Assembly: GCA_951406725.2 (NCBI GenBank)
Contig: OX597816.1
Location: 74,152,001-74,216,000 of the forward strand
Origin: Octopus vulgaris
Taxonomy: Eukaryota
DNA: 64,000 bases
Direction: 5' to 3'
Shown here: piece after piece, positions 13,501 through 27,026 of the stretch
Numbering within the stretch: position 1 is the stretch's first letter
Layout of the letters: the number at the start of each line of letters is the position of its first letter
Program-made: the position numbers and the translations under genes
Notes under the pieces: generated by a model
Databases searched by the model: none
What the model saw: only the letters and a program-made list of their open reading frames with translations
Told to the model about the DNA's origin: nothing

Positions 13501-13823
13501 ACAGGCAATTCTCTTTGATCTAATAATGACAATCAGTTGTAATAGATTGCACGATAGTCTTGATATTCTCATGAATTCGTTTCCAAGGCAACAATAGCTA
13601 AAAATAAACTTTGGATTTCTTCTTTTCTTTCCTGCTTTCTTTTTTATTTTCATTTATTTGTTTGTTTATTTTTGAATGCCAAATTAAAAAGCAAGAAGGA
13701 ATTTTTCAACAAATTTGAGTCAGTTGAGTGAAGAAGAACGAGTTAGACAAGGTTTGTTCTCATAATGGGACTTCATGTCATTAAGGAGTGTTGACTGGTC
13801 TTTGAAAACCGGTTGAAGAGGGG

Positions 13824-13873
<50 letters not shown>

Positions 13874-14313
13874 AACATAGATGGAAATTATGATAGACAA
13901 GGATAGAAGAAATAGAAAAGAAACCTGTTAATATATATTTCTTATCAACTAGCTCCACAAGTTTTTCTCTGTGCTTTTAGAATTATCTCTGAGACTAAAA
14001 TAAGCACTTTTTTTTTGCTCTTTGACATAGTGTAACAAAAATCATCATCATCATCATCATAAATTGCATTTACATACATCAAAGTCATTTTAATTAATTC
14101 TTGTGAGAAACTGATTTGGGTTGATCTAGCAAGTGGTGCTTTGTTTCAGTGGTGGAGTGGGGGGGGGGTCTGGTGTACAATAATGCCATCGAGAGGAAGA
14201 CCCCAAAACAGCACACATTCTCTCCTGATCACCCCATGAACCTGCTGGTGTCTGGTATGCAGAGCTTTCAACTGGTAGCACTTGTGTTCTAGGAGTTGTT
14301 TGCAAATAATCTC

Positions 14314-14425
<112 letters not shown>

Positions 14426-15785
14426 TCATCATCATCATCATTTAACACTCGTTGTCCATGCTGGCATGAGTTGGATGGTTTGACCAGGGCTGGTAAGCTG
14501 GAAGGCTGCACCAGACCCCAGTCACATCTGCCATGGTTTCTACGGCTGGATGCCCTTCCAAATGCCAACCACTCCGAGAGTGTAATGGGTGCTTTTACAT
14601 GCCACCATCATGGATGCCATATGCATGACACCAGTATCTGTCTTGACTGTAATTTTGCTCAGCTTGATGGGTCTTCTCATGCATGACATAATGCCAAAGG
14701 TCATTGCCTCTGTGAGGCCCAACACTCAAAAGGAACTCGGCCACTTTGCCTCCATCAGGCCCAGCATGCATATATATGTATGTATATATATTTCATACTG
14801 CATTGAGCACTCTTCTTTTTATTAATATAGATAGAATATGTTGGATCAAGACGGCAATATACTGTTTTGTGTGTGTGTGATGGAAATCAAAATATGGATA
14901 GAAACTGATCATTGCTTGTTAACGAGCTGCAAAAGAAAGATTATTTATAATTAGCCCAGCTGATATTTTCCAGTTTTTACCACTTCATACATACACACAT
15001 ACACACATATGTAGACACATGCATACACACACACACACACATGCACACACATACACACATGCAAACACCACACACACACACACACATATCATCATCATCA
15101 TTTAACATCCGTTGTCCATGCTGACATGGTTGGATGGTTTGACCAGGGCTGGTAAGCTAGAAGGCTGTATCCGATTCAGGTCTGATTTGGCATGGTTTTC
15201 TACGGCTGGATGTCCTTCCTAACATTAACCACTCCAAGAGTGTAATGGGTGCTTTTATGTACCACTGACACAGGTGCCGTTTGCGTGACATCAGTCCCTT
15301 TCACAAGTGTGGTTTTGCTCAGCCTAATGGGTCTTCTTCTCAAGGATGACATAATGCTAAAGGTTTCAGTCATTGCCTTCATGAGGCCCAACACTCGAAA
15401 GGAACTCAGCTACTTTGTCTCCCTAAAGCCCAACACTCAAAAGGTGCTCTTTACACACCACTGGCATGGGTGTCAGTTACATAACACATAAATATTTATA
15501 TACTCTTTACTCTTTTACTTGTTTCAATCATGTGACTGCGGCCATGCTGGAGCACCACCTTTAGTTGAGCAATCGACCCCAGAACTTATTCTTTGTAAGC
15601 CTAGTACTTATTCTATCGATCTCTTGTTGAACCAATAAGTTACGGGGACGTAAACACACCAGCATCGGTTGTCAAGCGATGTTGGGGGGACAAACACAGA
15701 CACACGAACATATACACACACATACATATATATATATATATCATCATCATCATCATTTAACGTCCGCTTTCCATGCTAGCATGGG

Positions 15786-15827
<42 letters not shown>

Positions 15828-15985
15828 CAGGCTTCTTTCAGTTTCCGTCTACCAAATCCACTCATAAGGCTTTTGTCAGCCCGAGGCTATAGTAAAAGAC
15901 ACTTGCCCAAGGTGCCACGCAGTGGGAATGAACCTGGAGCCATGTGGTTGGGAAGCAAGCTTCTTATCACACAGCCACTCCTGTG

Positions 15986-16028
<43 letters not shown>

Positions 16029-16032
<4 letters not shown>

Positions 16033-16923
16033 CCTGGGCAAAGTTCAGGGAGCTCCTACTTCTGCTGGCAACTAAGGGCCTCTCGCTCAGAGTAAAAGGT
16101 AGACTGTATGATGCATGCTGAGGACGTGCGTAGGCTTGAAAGACATGAAGCTTGTATGATATGCTGGATGCGTAATGTCAGTGTGTATACACGACAGTGT
16201 AAGTACCCTGAGAGAAAAGTTGCGCATAAGAAGCATCAAATGTGGTAAGCAAGAGAGGATTCTGCACTGGTAAGGTTATGTGTTACGTATGAATGAAGAC
16301 AGCTGTGTGAGGAAGTGTCACTCCCTAACTGTAGAAGGAACCTGTGGAAGAGGTAGACCCAGGAAGACATGGGATGAGATGGTGAAGCATGACCTTTGAA
16401 CACTGGGTCTCACAGAGGAAATGACGGGAGGTTAGGACATTTGGAGATATGTTGTGATTGAGACAACCCGGCAACTAAAGTGAGATTGCAGCGATGCATG
16501 TCCAGCCCTGTTAAGAATATCCCTGATGTGTTGGGTGATATATGCTTGAGAAGACCATCTGAGTCAAGTAAAACCAATATTGTAGGTGTGGCCAGTGACT
16601 CCTGACTGACTTCCATGCCAGTGGCACATAAAAGGCACCAACCAATCATGGTAGATGCCAGTACCCCCTAGCTGGCTCTTGTGCAGGTGGCATGTAAAAA
16701 GCACCATCTGAACGTGATCAATGCCAGGCCCGCCTGACTGGCTCCCATACCAGTGGCATGTAAAAAGCACCCACTGCACTCGCAGAGTGGTTGGCATTAG
16801 GAAGGGCATCCAGCTGTAGAAACATTGCTAGATCAGATTGGAGCATGTGCTGGCTCTCCAGATCTCAGTCAAACCTTCCAAGCCATGCCAGCATGGAAAA
16901 CTGACGTTAAACGATGATGATGA
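16029..16923 (+). mobile_element. 5'-truncated RTE-clade LINE: RT C-terminus, 3' UTR and (GAT)n tail
   Basis: AWAKFRELL.LLATKGLSLRVKGRLYDAC...VEGTCGRGRPRKTWDE. The 3' UTR has three 66-bp modules and the GGTTGGCATTAGGAAGGGCATCCAGCTGTAGAAAC...(GAT)n end. It is the parent of many short tails, e.g. about 870-1140-, 2075-2230+, 6170-6400-, 6483-6675-, 7878-8070-, 14425-14765-, 15088-15480-, 19705-19910-, 20140-20325+, 29200-29535+, 30600-30826+. Confidence 0.9.
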
Positions 16924-17630
16924 TATATATATATATAAATATATATATATATGCAGGTGTATTTGTGCTTCTGTATCTGTGTTTTACCAGTGTTGGTGAA
17001 TTTACATCCCCCATAAAAGAGACTGATAGAATAAGTATCTGGTTTTCAAAATTCTTCAAGTTGGTGCCCCAGAATGGTCACAGTCAAATGACTGAAACAC
17101 ATAAAAGCTCTGTCAAGGTAATGAATGATACAACAAAAGACAAGGCTATATATCAAACAGGTGTATATAACTTGTTGTAAACAACAACAACATAAGAAAT
17201 GACAAGCAATGAGTAACAAATTATAAGCAACTGCTAATATGGCCGACTTCCTTTAAGAAAGGTCAAACGAGATCTTGCTAAGTAAGAAGCTAAGGCCACT
17301 ATAAATAATGAATGATATTGGTGACAAGAGATAAACAGACAAATGTAAATGAAAAACACTATGGAGTACTTATACACACATAAATACATATAATATATAT
17401 GTATATATGCTTATTTATATAAAGATTGCTATATATATATAAGCATGAATACAGGTACATATATATGTATGCATGTATGTGTATATATATATATAAGCAT
17501 ATTGTGTATAGACGCTTATGTGTATGTATCTATGTATATATATATAGATACATACACATACATACAGATATATAGACTTATGTAAACATAAATATATAAA
17601 TATACATGTATATGTATGTAAAAGATGTAT

Positions 17631-17667
<37 letters not shown>

Positions 17668-17825
17668 CAAATATGCACACAGATATACTTATATGTGTAC
17701 ATTTGCACACATCTTCATATACATTCATGTATACAAATATATGTATATATATATACACAAATATGCACACATACACATATAGGCATTCATATAAATATAT
17801 AGATATACACATACATATACATACA

Positions 17826-17884
<59 letters not shown>

Positions 17885-18970
17885 GAATATATATACATAA
17901 ATATGTGTGTGTGATTTATTATCTGAATACACACACATGGGCACACACACTATCATCCTCATTTAACATCCGCCTTCCATGCTGGCATACACAGACACAT
18001 AAATATACATGTGAGCACATAGGTGCAAAACTAGGCGGAGAAACCACATACATATAAACAAAAGGTGACAAGTGTTTAGAAGAAGGCATTGACGTCACAA
18101 ACAAGAACAGTTCCTGCACAAGAACGAAATAACTTTTCTTGAAGCAGAGAAGTAAATTTAGAAAGTTGACCTAGAAATGCTTTTGTATATGGAAGGTAGT
18201 GATTACCTATCAGTGAAACACCTTTATCAGTCGTCTGTTGACTTCAAATAAGGGTCACGCTTATATAATCCTCAAGAAATAAAAAAAGTGTCGTCTAGTT
18301 TATTTATATAGCATGTGATCACTAGCATAACTAGGGGAAGGTGACGAGCTGGCAGAAATGTTAGCACACCAGGCGAAATGCTTAGCGGTATTTCGTCTGT
18401 CTTTACATTCTGAGTTCAAATTCCACTGAGGGTGACTTTGCTTTTTGTCCTTTCGGGGTCGATAAGTTAAGTACCAGTTGTGTACTGTGGTCAATCAAAT
18501 CAACTTGGCCCCCTCCCACCAAAATTTTGGGCCTTGTGCATAGAGTAGAAAAGAATAACATAACTAGTGGGTGGCAGTAGGGGTGGTCCAATCCCCCTTC
18601 CGAGTGGCACTTTTAAAGGGGTACCACCTCTGGGTCTGCTGTAGATAATATGCATTTTTGGGGGGTCCAGGGTCAGAAAATGGAAGGGCCACCCTAGGTG
18701 GAGAACAGAAGGGCTGCCCCATGTGGCACACAGCCTAGCTACCCTAATGCAAGTCACTTTCTACTTATTTTAGTCATTAGACTGCAGCCATGCTGGGACA
18801 CTGCCTCAAAGAACTTTTAGTTGAATGAATTGACCCCCAGACTTTTCTTTTCTTTAAGCTTGCAAATTATTCTATTGATTGCATTTGTTGAACAACTAAG
18901 TTACAGGGACATAAACATACCAACACTGGTTGTCATGTGGTAGTGGGGAACAAACACAAACACACACACA

Positions 18971-19016
<46 letters not shown>

Positions 19017-20779
19017 CAAAATAAGCAACAAGTATATCCGAGGTAATGTGGTACAATCGTTTCATGCTAATTCATTTTATTAAACACTGTAAGCATTACA
19101 TCGACATTTTAAAACTGATGTAATGCTTACAGTGTTTAAATAAAATGAAGTAGCATGAAACGATCATACCACATTACCTCAGATATAAATCACCCCATGG
19201 ATTTATATGGATAATACCATACAAAATTCTGGTGCCTTTGACTTAAGTACCATATTCATCTGAATCTAAATTTTGCTGAACTTATATATATATATATATG
19301 ATGGGCTTCTTTTAGGTTCCATTTATCAAAACCACTCACTAGGCTTTGGTTGGCCTGAGTCTATAGCAGAATACACATGCCCAAGGTGTCATATAGAAGG
19401 ACTGAACCTAAAACCATGTGGTTGGGAAGCAAACGTCTTACTTCACAGCCACACCTTGCTAAAATTTTATGCAGAGTGAGTCCCCGTATGTTACATGGCC
19501 ATTAGTCTAAAATTGGAACAGGGGTGTGGCACATCTTGTTGGGATCCGTTTTAAACATCAGTAAGTTCATATAATATTTGTATTGGACAGATATGTGTCC
19601 TCAGCTTGTTTGTTGTTAGCAAAACGTTTTGGCTGATTTACTTTCCAGCCTTCATCCTGGTAGAATTATAGCATAATGGTTAAGAGCATGGGCTACTAAC
19701 TCCAATGGGTTGGACAGTTCGACTGGAGTCTGGGAAGCCAGGAGGCTGCACCAGGCCCAGTCTGATCTGGCAGTGTTTCTACAGCTGGATGCCCTTCCTA
19801 ATGCCAACCACTCTGTGAGTGTAGTGGGTGCTTTTTACATGCCACCGGCATGGAGGCCAGTCGAGGTGGCATTGGCAATGGCCACATTCAGATGGTTCTT
19901 TTACATGCCTTGAATAAATGATAATAACACCAGCAAAAAAATACCTTAAGCCAGGAAATGTGAGAGAGGGGGAACGAAAGAACAAAGAGTGGAATGAACA
20001 AAGTAAGCATGAAAGGGCTGATAGAAAGGAAGGAATGAAAAAATAGAAAGAATAATAGAGTCGTATAAAATTTATATATATATACTCGCATATATATATA
20101 TATACTGTATATTTGTATGTATGTATATATATATATATATGCCAGTTTCACATAAAAGCACCCATTACACTCTCAGAGTGGTTGGCATTAGGAAGGGCAT
20201 CCACTGAGAAACCATGCCAAATCAGACTGGAGTCTGGTACAGCCTTCCAACTTACCACCTCTGTCAAACCGTCCAACCCATGCCAGCATGGAGAATGAAC
20301 GTTAAATGATTATGGTGATGATGATCAATATAGATATATGCATAAATGTGGTATAACTTCAGTTTATGAATTTAATTCATTCATGAAGGCTGGTGGTCAC
20401 CCAAATCTATTTTTCCCATCTGAAACTCAAGAGGAGACAATGAATTTGAGCAAGAATGTGCACTGAGTGAAAGATGGAAAGAATCATAAACCCTCCCACT
20501 GATTCTCACAAATTAGGGTACTTGGGTGTGCTTTTGACAAAGCCTAGAGGCACATCCAAGTACCTTAATTTTATCTACCAACCACTACAGTATACTGAAA
20601 AGATGGATATAACATGTGGGGTACTGTGAACTCTTGGCATTTCTTCTTGCCCCCCCCCCCACACACACACTGTTGTATTTTCGGATTGGTCATTTTTCTT
20701 TTTTGCCAAATAAACACACACACTAAATATTCATTCTTCACTCATTTATTACTCTTCTTAATCTAACTCATGTCCTCCA

Positions 20780-20826
20780 GTGTCTGGAAATATTTCATCA
20801 CACATCTGTGACCTCTTCAGCGACAC
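20780..20826 (-). ncRNA. Minimal hammerhead of a second family
   Basis: gugucg-CUGAAGA-g-gucac[agaugu]gugau-GAAAUAUUUC-cagacac, with palindromic GAAAUAUUUC. Confidence 0.65.
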
Positions 20827-20899
20827 TTTCCGTCCGCGTGTATGCTCTTGCTCTGCTTAGTCCATTCTACCATTCTACGATGTGTATCCTTAAAGGCCT

Positions 20900-20943
<44 letters not shown>

Positions 20944-21542
20944 CACTTGCAAACATATACTTACAAAGCTTAACAATGACAAAGTTATTTCGGTAACATC
21001 ATTATTATTTTCAAAATTAATTGAAATAAAGACAGCATGCTTCAAGAGAAATATGGTAACATGAGGGTTAAAACCCTGCAATGATTTTGGTCTCAAATTC
21101 CATCAAACACATTAAACTTCCAAGAAATTTAAAACAGTTTAAAACAGACCAAATTATTTGCTAAAACACTTCCTTGGTTCCTATTATTGAAAATGAGCCC
21201 CATGTAGGTAGGGGGTGGGGATTCAAGTGAACACTACAAGCACACACACACATTCAGATGGCAACTAGTGTGGGTGTGAGAGAGTGGTGTATGTGTATAA
21301 GTGCCAACACCATTAGTATATGTGGGAACTAAAAGAGGACTTTTACGTAAAATATTGTTTTGTCAAGTTATAAATGAGGGATTCTTAACTGGAATCCATA
21401 TGGCCCTTGAGGGTCCACATAAGATTTTGTTAAAATTTATATGCAATAAACTAGTTATACTCCTACAATACACAAAATATACAAACATATATTTATCAAA
21501 CGCCTGATATTTAATTATAAAAACAAAATGGGATTTTTAAAC

Positions 21543-22326
21543 TTCTGTGCCGGCGGCATGTAAAAAGCACTATCTGAATGTGGCCAATAACAGTACCCAC
21601 TGACTGGCTCCCATGCTGGTGGCATGTAAAAAGCACTATCCGAATGTGATCAATGCCAGACCCGCCTGACTGGCCCCTGTGCCAGTAGCACATAAAAAGC
21701 ACTATCCAAGCATTGCCGATGCCAGTACCCCATGACTGGCTCCCATGCTGGTGACATGTAAAAAGCACTATCCATATGTGATCGATGTCAGTGCCCCCTG
21801 ACTGGCTCCTGTGCTGGCAGCACATAAAAAGCATTATTCGAACATGGCCAATGACAGTACCCCCTGACTGGCTCCCATGCTGGTGACATGTAAAAAGCAC
21901 TATCGAAATATGACTGATGCTAGTGCCTCCTAACTGGCTCCTGTGCTGGTGGCATGTAAAAAGCACTATCTGAACATTGCCAATGCCACTACCTGCTGAT
22001 TGGCTCCCATGCTAGTGACATGTAAAAAGCACCATCTGAACATGATCGATGCCAGGCCCGCCTGACTGGCTCCTGTACCAGTGGCACATAAAAAGCTCTA
22101 TCCAAATGTGATCGATGCTAGGCTCACCTGACTGGCTCCTATGCTTGTGGCACATAAAAAGCACCCACTACACTCTTGGAGTGTTTGTTGTTAAAAAGAG
22201 CACCCAGCTGTAGAAACATTGCCAGATGAGATTGGAACCTGGTGCAGCCACTGGCTCTCCAGACCTCAGTCAAACTGTCCAACTCATGCCAGCATGGAAA
22301 ATAGACATATGATGATGATGATGATG
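21543..22326 (+). repeat. RTE 3' UTR copy with ten tandem 66-bp modules
   Basis: TAAAAAGC core recurs at 21561, 21627, ... 22155 (exact 66-bp period), followed by the standard RTE tail. Confidence 0.9.
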
Positions 22327-23788
22327 AATATCAATGAGGGTCCACCCAAGATAAATAAAAGTCAAAGAGGCCCATAAATTTTAAAAAATGGTTGGGAACC
22401 ACAGATGTCAGTAAATAAACTATTCCTTTTAGTAATCGGAATCATTTGTTAAATTTATTTGATTAATTTTGTTGTATATATGCATGTAATTAGGTACTAT
22501 ATATAATGTTTGTATGTATGTATATATATGACATATAGCATTTGAAATGCCATATTGATCTTTGATACATGGTAGTTGTTTTTAATTAAACTATGGATTA
22601 TCAACAGGGTGAGCTAGTAAATAATCTTAGAAATGCTTTCATTACGTGTGACTAGTTTAGTTGAAAAGCCATGTACTGTACCTTATATTATTGTGGTGGA
22701 TATGGTGAATAGTTTAGGAAATAAGTACCTGAGAGTTAGAAGTACTTTTACAAACTTGAACACAACCAAAAGAACTTATTTAAACATTTACAGGAGTGCT
22801 CGAAATACCTGAGAATTTGTTTTCTTATCAGCAGAATTAACTTGGTCTATTTGCTTTTGTCGTTTCCTTGTTCATAAGAAATATGAAGTCACGAAAGGAA
22901 AAATGTATTTTCTCAACATGAAGTGATTTCTCAACATGAAGTTGTCAAATGGTCATATAATCCATTAGAAAGATTACAAAATATAAAAGAAGTGATCAGA
23001 TTGATAGTCAGTTCTGTTTACATAATAGAAAACTTCTAAGGTTGCATAATGGAATTAACTTGGAAAATATCACCTTGCTTTGGTTGTGATGATCTAACAA
23101 TGATATGTTGCCTCATACGAAATATTCTTTCAGAAGTAAAACCTAATTAGACCAAGCACCAAAGGAGTTTCTATAAAACATTTGTCACCCCTCAACAACC
23201 CTTCCAACACCCACTTCTATGTTTATTTGATGTCAGCCAACAAAGACAAATTAGAAATGGATTCCTTGATGTCACTTGAAATCCTGCCTTGCACCCATTA
23301 CAGAAATAATGTCCCATAAAAGATTTCAAGCTGTTAGTTTCTTCCAAGAAAATTGTTGAATTCAGATCTTGTTTTAAACCTTGTTAATGCCAATCTTTTT
23401 TCAAATTTTGGCACAAGGCAAGCAATTTCGGGGGAGTGGTGGTGGTGGTGACCACAGTGCTCACATTGATCACAGTGCTCAGTTGGTACTTATTTTATTT
23501 GACCCCAAAAGGATGAAAGGCAAAATTGACCGTGACAGAATTTGAACTCAGAACTAAGCATTGTGCTTGGCATACCACTGATTCTGCCAGCTTGCCACCA
23601 TTAGATCTTGTTAATATTAATAAAATCAGGATCTAGAAATATACTTGATAGATATGATGGATCAGGCTAAACAGATGCTGTGCCTTGTTCACTGCTAAAC
23701 ATATGGTGTGCCTTGCCAAAGGAAATCACTAAGAGACAAAGGAAGCTTGTGTTTTCTCTTTAGATTCTTTTTCATTCTCAACAGGAAA

Positions 23789-24156
23789 TATTACCTCTGC
23801 CTTGGTGAAGGAGGAGGTATTGTTTTCAGTCGTGTTTCTTTGTTTGTCCGTGGACAAGATATCTCAAGAACCACTGGATGGATTTGGATGAAACTTTCAG
23901 GGATGTTTGGCCCTGTGATTGGCCCAAACTGATTGGATTTTAGGATTGATCTGCTACCAGACAAGGATCCTGGATTATTTTTCCTGTTTTTTTACTTAAT
24001 TTTTGAGAGTGGGCGGGTTCATTTTTAGTATTCTCGTTTGTGAGAGCAGTTGCATTTATTTCAGATATTCTCATTTTAAAAATCATCTCTAGCTAATCAT
24101 TGAGGGGCTGTTGGGGTTGCCTTGGTGGAGGTTTGCGCTCTCTGAGTGCTCTTGCT
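23789..24156 (+). mobile_element. Helentron-associated (DINE/HINE-like) non-autonomous element
   Basis: 5' palindromic subterminal repeat ACCTCTGCCTT..AAGGAGGAGGT, 3' subTIR CCTTGGTGGAGGT, and 3' hairpin GCGCTC..GAGTGC. Confidence 0.65.
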
Positions 24157-24836
24157 TTGAATTATTTTATCAACTACTAAATCTTACATGTGTGTGCATG
24201 TGTGTGTGTGAGTGTGTGTGTGTTTGTATGTATGTAAAATCAATTTGTACACATGGTAAATTTATATGCCACAATTAACGGTAAGGTTCATGTCAAGAGA
24301 TATATAGGAACATCTACAGCCAAACTCACAAACCATGAATCTGTATTACGACACGGTACGCAGTCAGATGTTTTACTATCAAAATATTGATAAAAGGAAA
24401 TTCCTAAAATATTTTCCTTTTTTCTCTCTCACTCTCTCTCATTAATTAACAAATTAATAATAGGCAATAATTAACAGAATTTCAATGACACAATTAACAG
24501 AAACATAAATATTATAGAGGCATTTGAATATTACTTGTTAAGACCATAATTGAGGGAATATAAAAGTAGGGAGCCGGCAGAATGATGAATGCATCCGATG
24601 AAATGCTTAGCAGCATTCCCTCTTGTTGTTTCCATTCTGAATTCAGGTCAACTTTGTCTTCCACTTTTTTTTTTGGGGGGGGGGGGCAATAAAATACAGT
24701 ACCAGTCAAGTATTGAGGTTGATGCAATCAGCTTGCTACCACCTCTGTTTTATCTTAAGTAGCTGTAGTTTATCATGTCTGCTGCATCATTGTCCAGCAG
24801 ATATAAACCATATCCATATATAAATGATAAATAATA

Positions 24837-24878
<42 letters not shown>

Positions 24879-24879
24879 T

Positions 24880-26806
24880 GTACAGCCTCATCTAGCACCT
24901 GTGTCGGTGGCACATAAAAAGTAGTCAGTACCGCTTGTGGTACCAGTGCCGGTGGCACACAAGAATCCATCCGAACATGGCCGTAGTCAGTACCGCATCA
25001 CTGGCCATCGTGCTGTGGGCACATAACAAACACCATCTGGTCGTGGCCGTTCGCCAGCCTCATCTAGCACCTGTGTCGGTGGCACATAAAAACACCTTCC
25101 GAAGACCCGGCAAGACTAGTCAGGCCATAAACCATGGCCCCTACCTGGGACGTAGTCAGTCCACCTGTGCATACCTTCCTCCTTGTGATACTTGTGAAGG
25201 CCTGTTGAGGCAAGTGAAAATCAAAATCAAATCAAAACAAATCAAAATAGATGAACATCAATGGAATTTGTATCTTTGTGGTACCAGTGCCGGTGGCACA
25301 CAAGAGAAAACCATCCGAAAGTGGCCGTAGCCAGTACCGCATCGACTGGCCTCCGTGCTGTGGGCACATGACAAACACCATCCGATCGTGGCCGTTCGCC
25401 AGCCTCATCTAGCACCTGTGTCGGTGGCACATAAAAACACCATCCGAAGACCCGGCAAGACTAGTCAGGCCATAACCCATGGCCCCTACCTGGGACGTAG
25501 TCAGTCCACCTGTGCATGCCTTCCTTCTTGTGACACTTGTGAAGACCTGTTGAGGCAAGTGAAAATCAAAACAAATCAAAATAGATGAACATCAATGGAA
25601 TCTGTATCTTTGTGGTACCAGTGCCGGTGGCACACAAGAGAACCATCCGAACGTGGCCGTAGCCAGTTCCGCATCGACCGGCCTCCGTGCTGTGGGCACG
25701 TAACAAACACCATCCGATCATGGCCGTTCGCCAGCCTCATCTGGCACCTGTGTCGGTGGCACATAAAAACACCTTCCGAAGACCCGGCAAGACTAGTCAG
25801 TCCACCTGTGCATACCTTCCTTCTTGTGACACTTGTGAAGACCGGTTGAGGCAAGTGAAAATCAAATCAAATCAAAATAGACAAAATAGATGAACATCAA
25901 TGGAATTTGTATCTTGTGGTACCAGTGCCTGTGGCACACAAGAAATCCATCAGTGCTGTAGTCAGTGCGGTGGGCACATGACAAACACCATCCGATTGTG
26001 GCCGTTCGCCAGCCTCATCTAGCACCTGTGTCGGTGGCACATAAAAACACCATCCGAAGACCCGGCAAGACTAGTCAGGCCATAACCCATGGCCCCTACC
26101 TGGGACGTAGTCAGTCCACCTGTGCATACCTTCCTTCTTGTGACACTTGTGAAGACCTGCTGAGGCAAGTGAAAATCAAAACAAATCAAAATAGATGAAC
26201 ATCAATGGAATTTGTATCTTTGTGGTACCAGTGCCGGTGGCACGTGGCACATAAGAAAACCATCCGAACGTGGCCGTAGCCAGTACCGCATCGACTGGCC
26301 TCCGTGCTGTGGGCACGTAACAAGCACCATCCGATCGTGGCTGTTTGCCAGCCTCATCTGGCACCTGTGTCGGTGGCACATAAAAACACCATCCGAGCGT
26401 GGCCGTCTGCCAGCCTCGTCTGGCACCTGTGTCGGTGGCACATAAAAACACCATCCGAGCGTGGCCGTCTGCCAGCCTCGTCTGGCACCTGTGTCGGTGG
26501 CACATAAAAAACACCATCCGAGCGTGGCCGTCGGCCAGCCTCGTCTGGCACCTGTGTCGGTGGCACATAAAAAAACACCATCCGAGCGTGGCCGTTTGCC
26601 AGCCCCGTCTGGCACCTGTGTCGGTGGCACATAAAATCACCCACTACACTCTCGGAGTGGTTGGCGTTAGGAAGGGCATCCAGCTGTAGAAACACTGCCA
26701 GATCTGACTGGACTGGTGCGGCTTTCGGGCTCCCCAGACCCCAGTTGAACCGTCCAACCCATGCTAGCATGGAAAGCGGACGTTAAATGATGATGATGAT
26801 GATGAT
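24880..26806 (+). repeat. Hierarchical tandem array of RTE 3' UTR (305-334 bp units containing 62-66 bp modules) ending in the RTE tail
   Basis: ATAGATGAACATCAATGGAA at 25247, 25581, 25886 and 26191. Module cores spaced 62-64 bp at 26381-26632. (GAT)n end. Confidence 0.9.
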
Positions 26807-27026
26807 ATATTATATACATATAGGCGCATAAGTGGCTGTGTGGTAAGTAGCTTGCTTACCAACCTCATGGTTCCAGGTTCATTCCCGCTGCATGGCACCT
26901 TGGGCAAGTGTCTTCTACTATAGCCTCGGGCTGACCAAAGCCTTCTGAGTGGATTTGGTAGACGGAAACTGAAAGAAGCTTGTCATATATATGTATGTAT
27001 ATATATATATATATATAAATATATAT

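Noticed and set aside
22740-23350. Non-repetitive-looking stretch in intron 3, considered as a hidden exon or transposase
   Set aside because: No sustained frame, recognisable motif or matched splice sites were found by eye.
21511-26770. Repetitive ORFs and CRISPR-like periodicity in the 62-66 bp arrays
   Set aside because: The whole unit repeats with no unique spacers and no cas genes. The units belong to an RTE 3' UTR in eukaryotic DNA.
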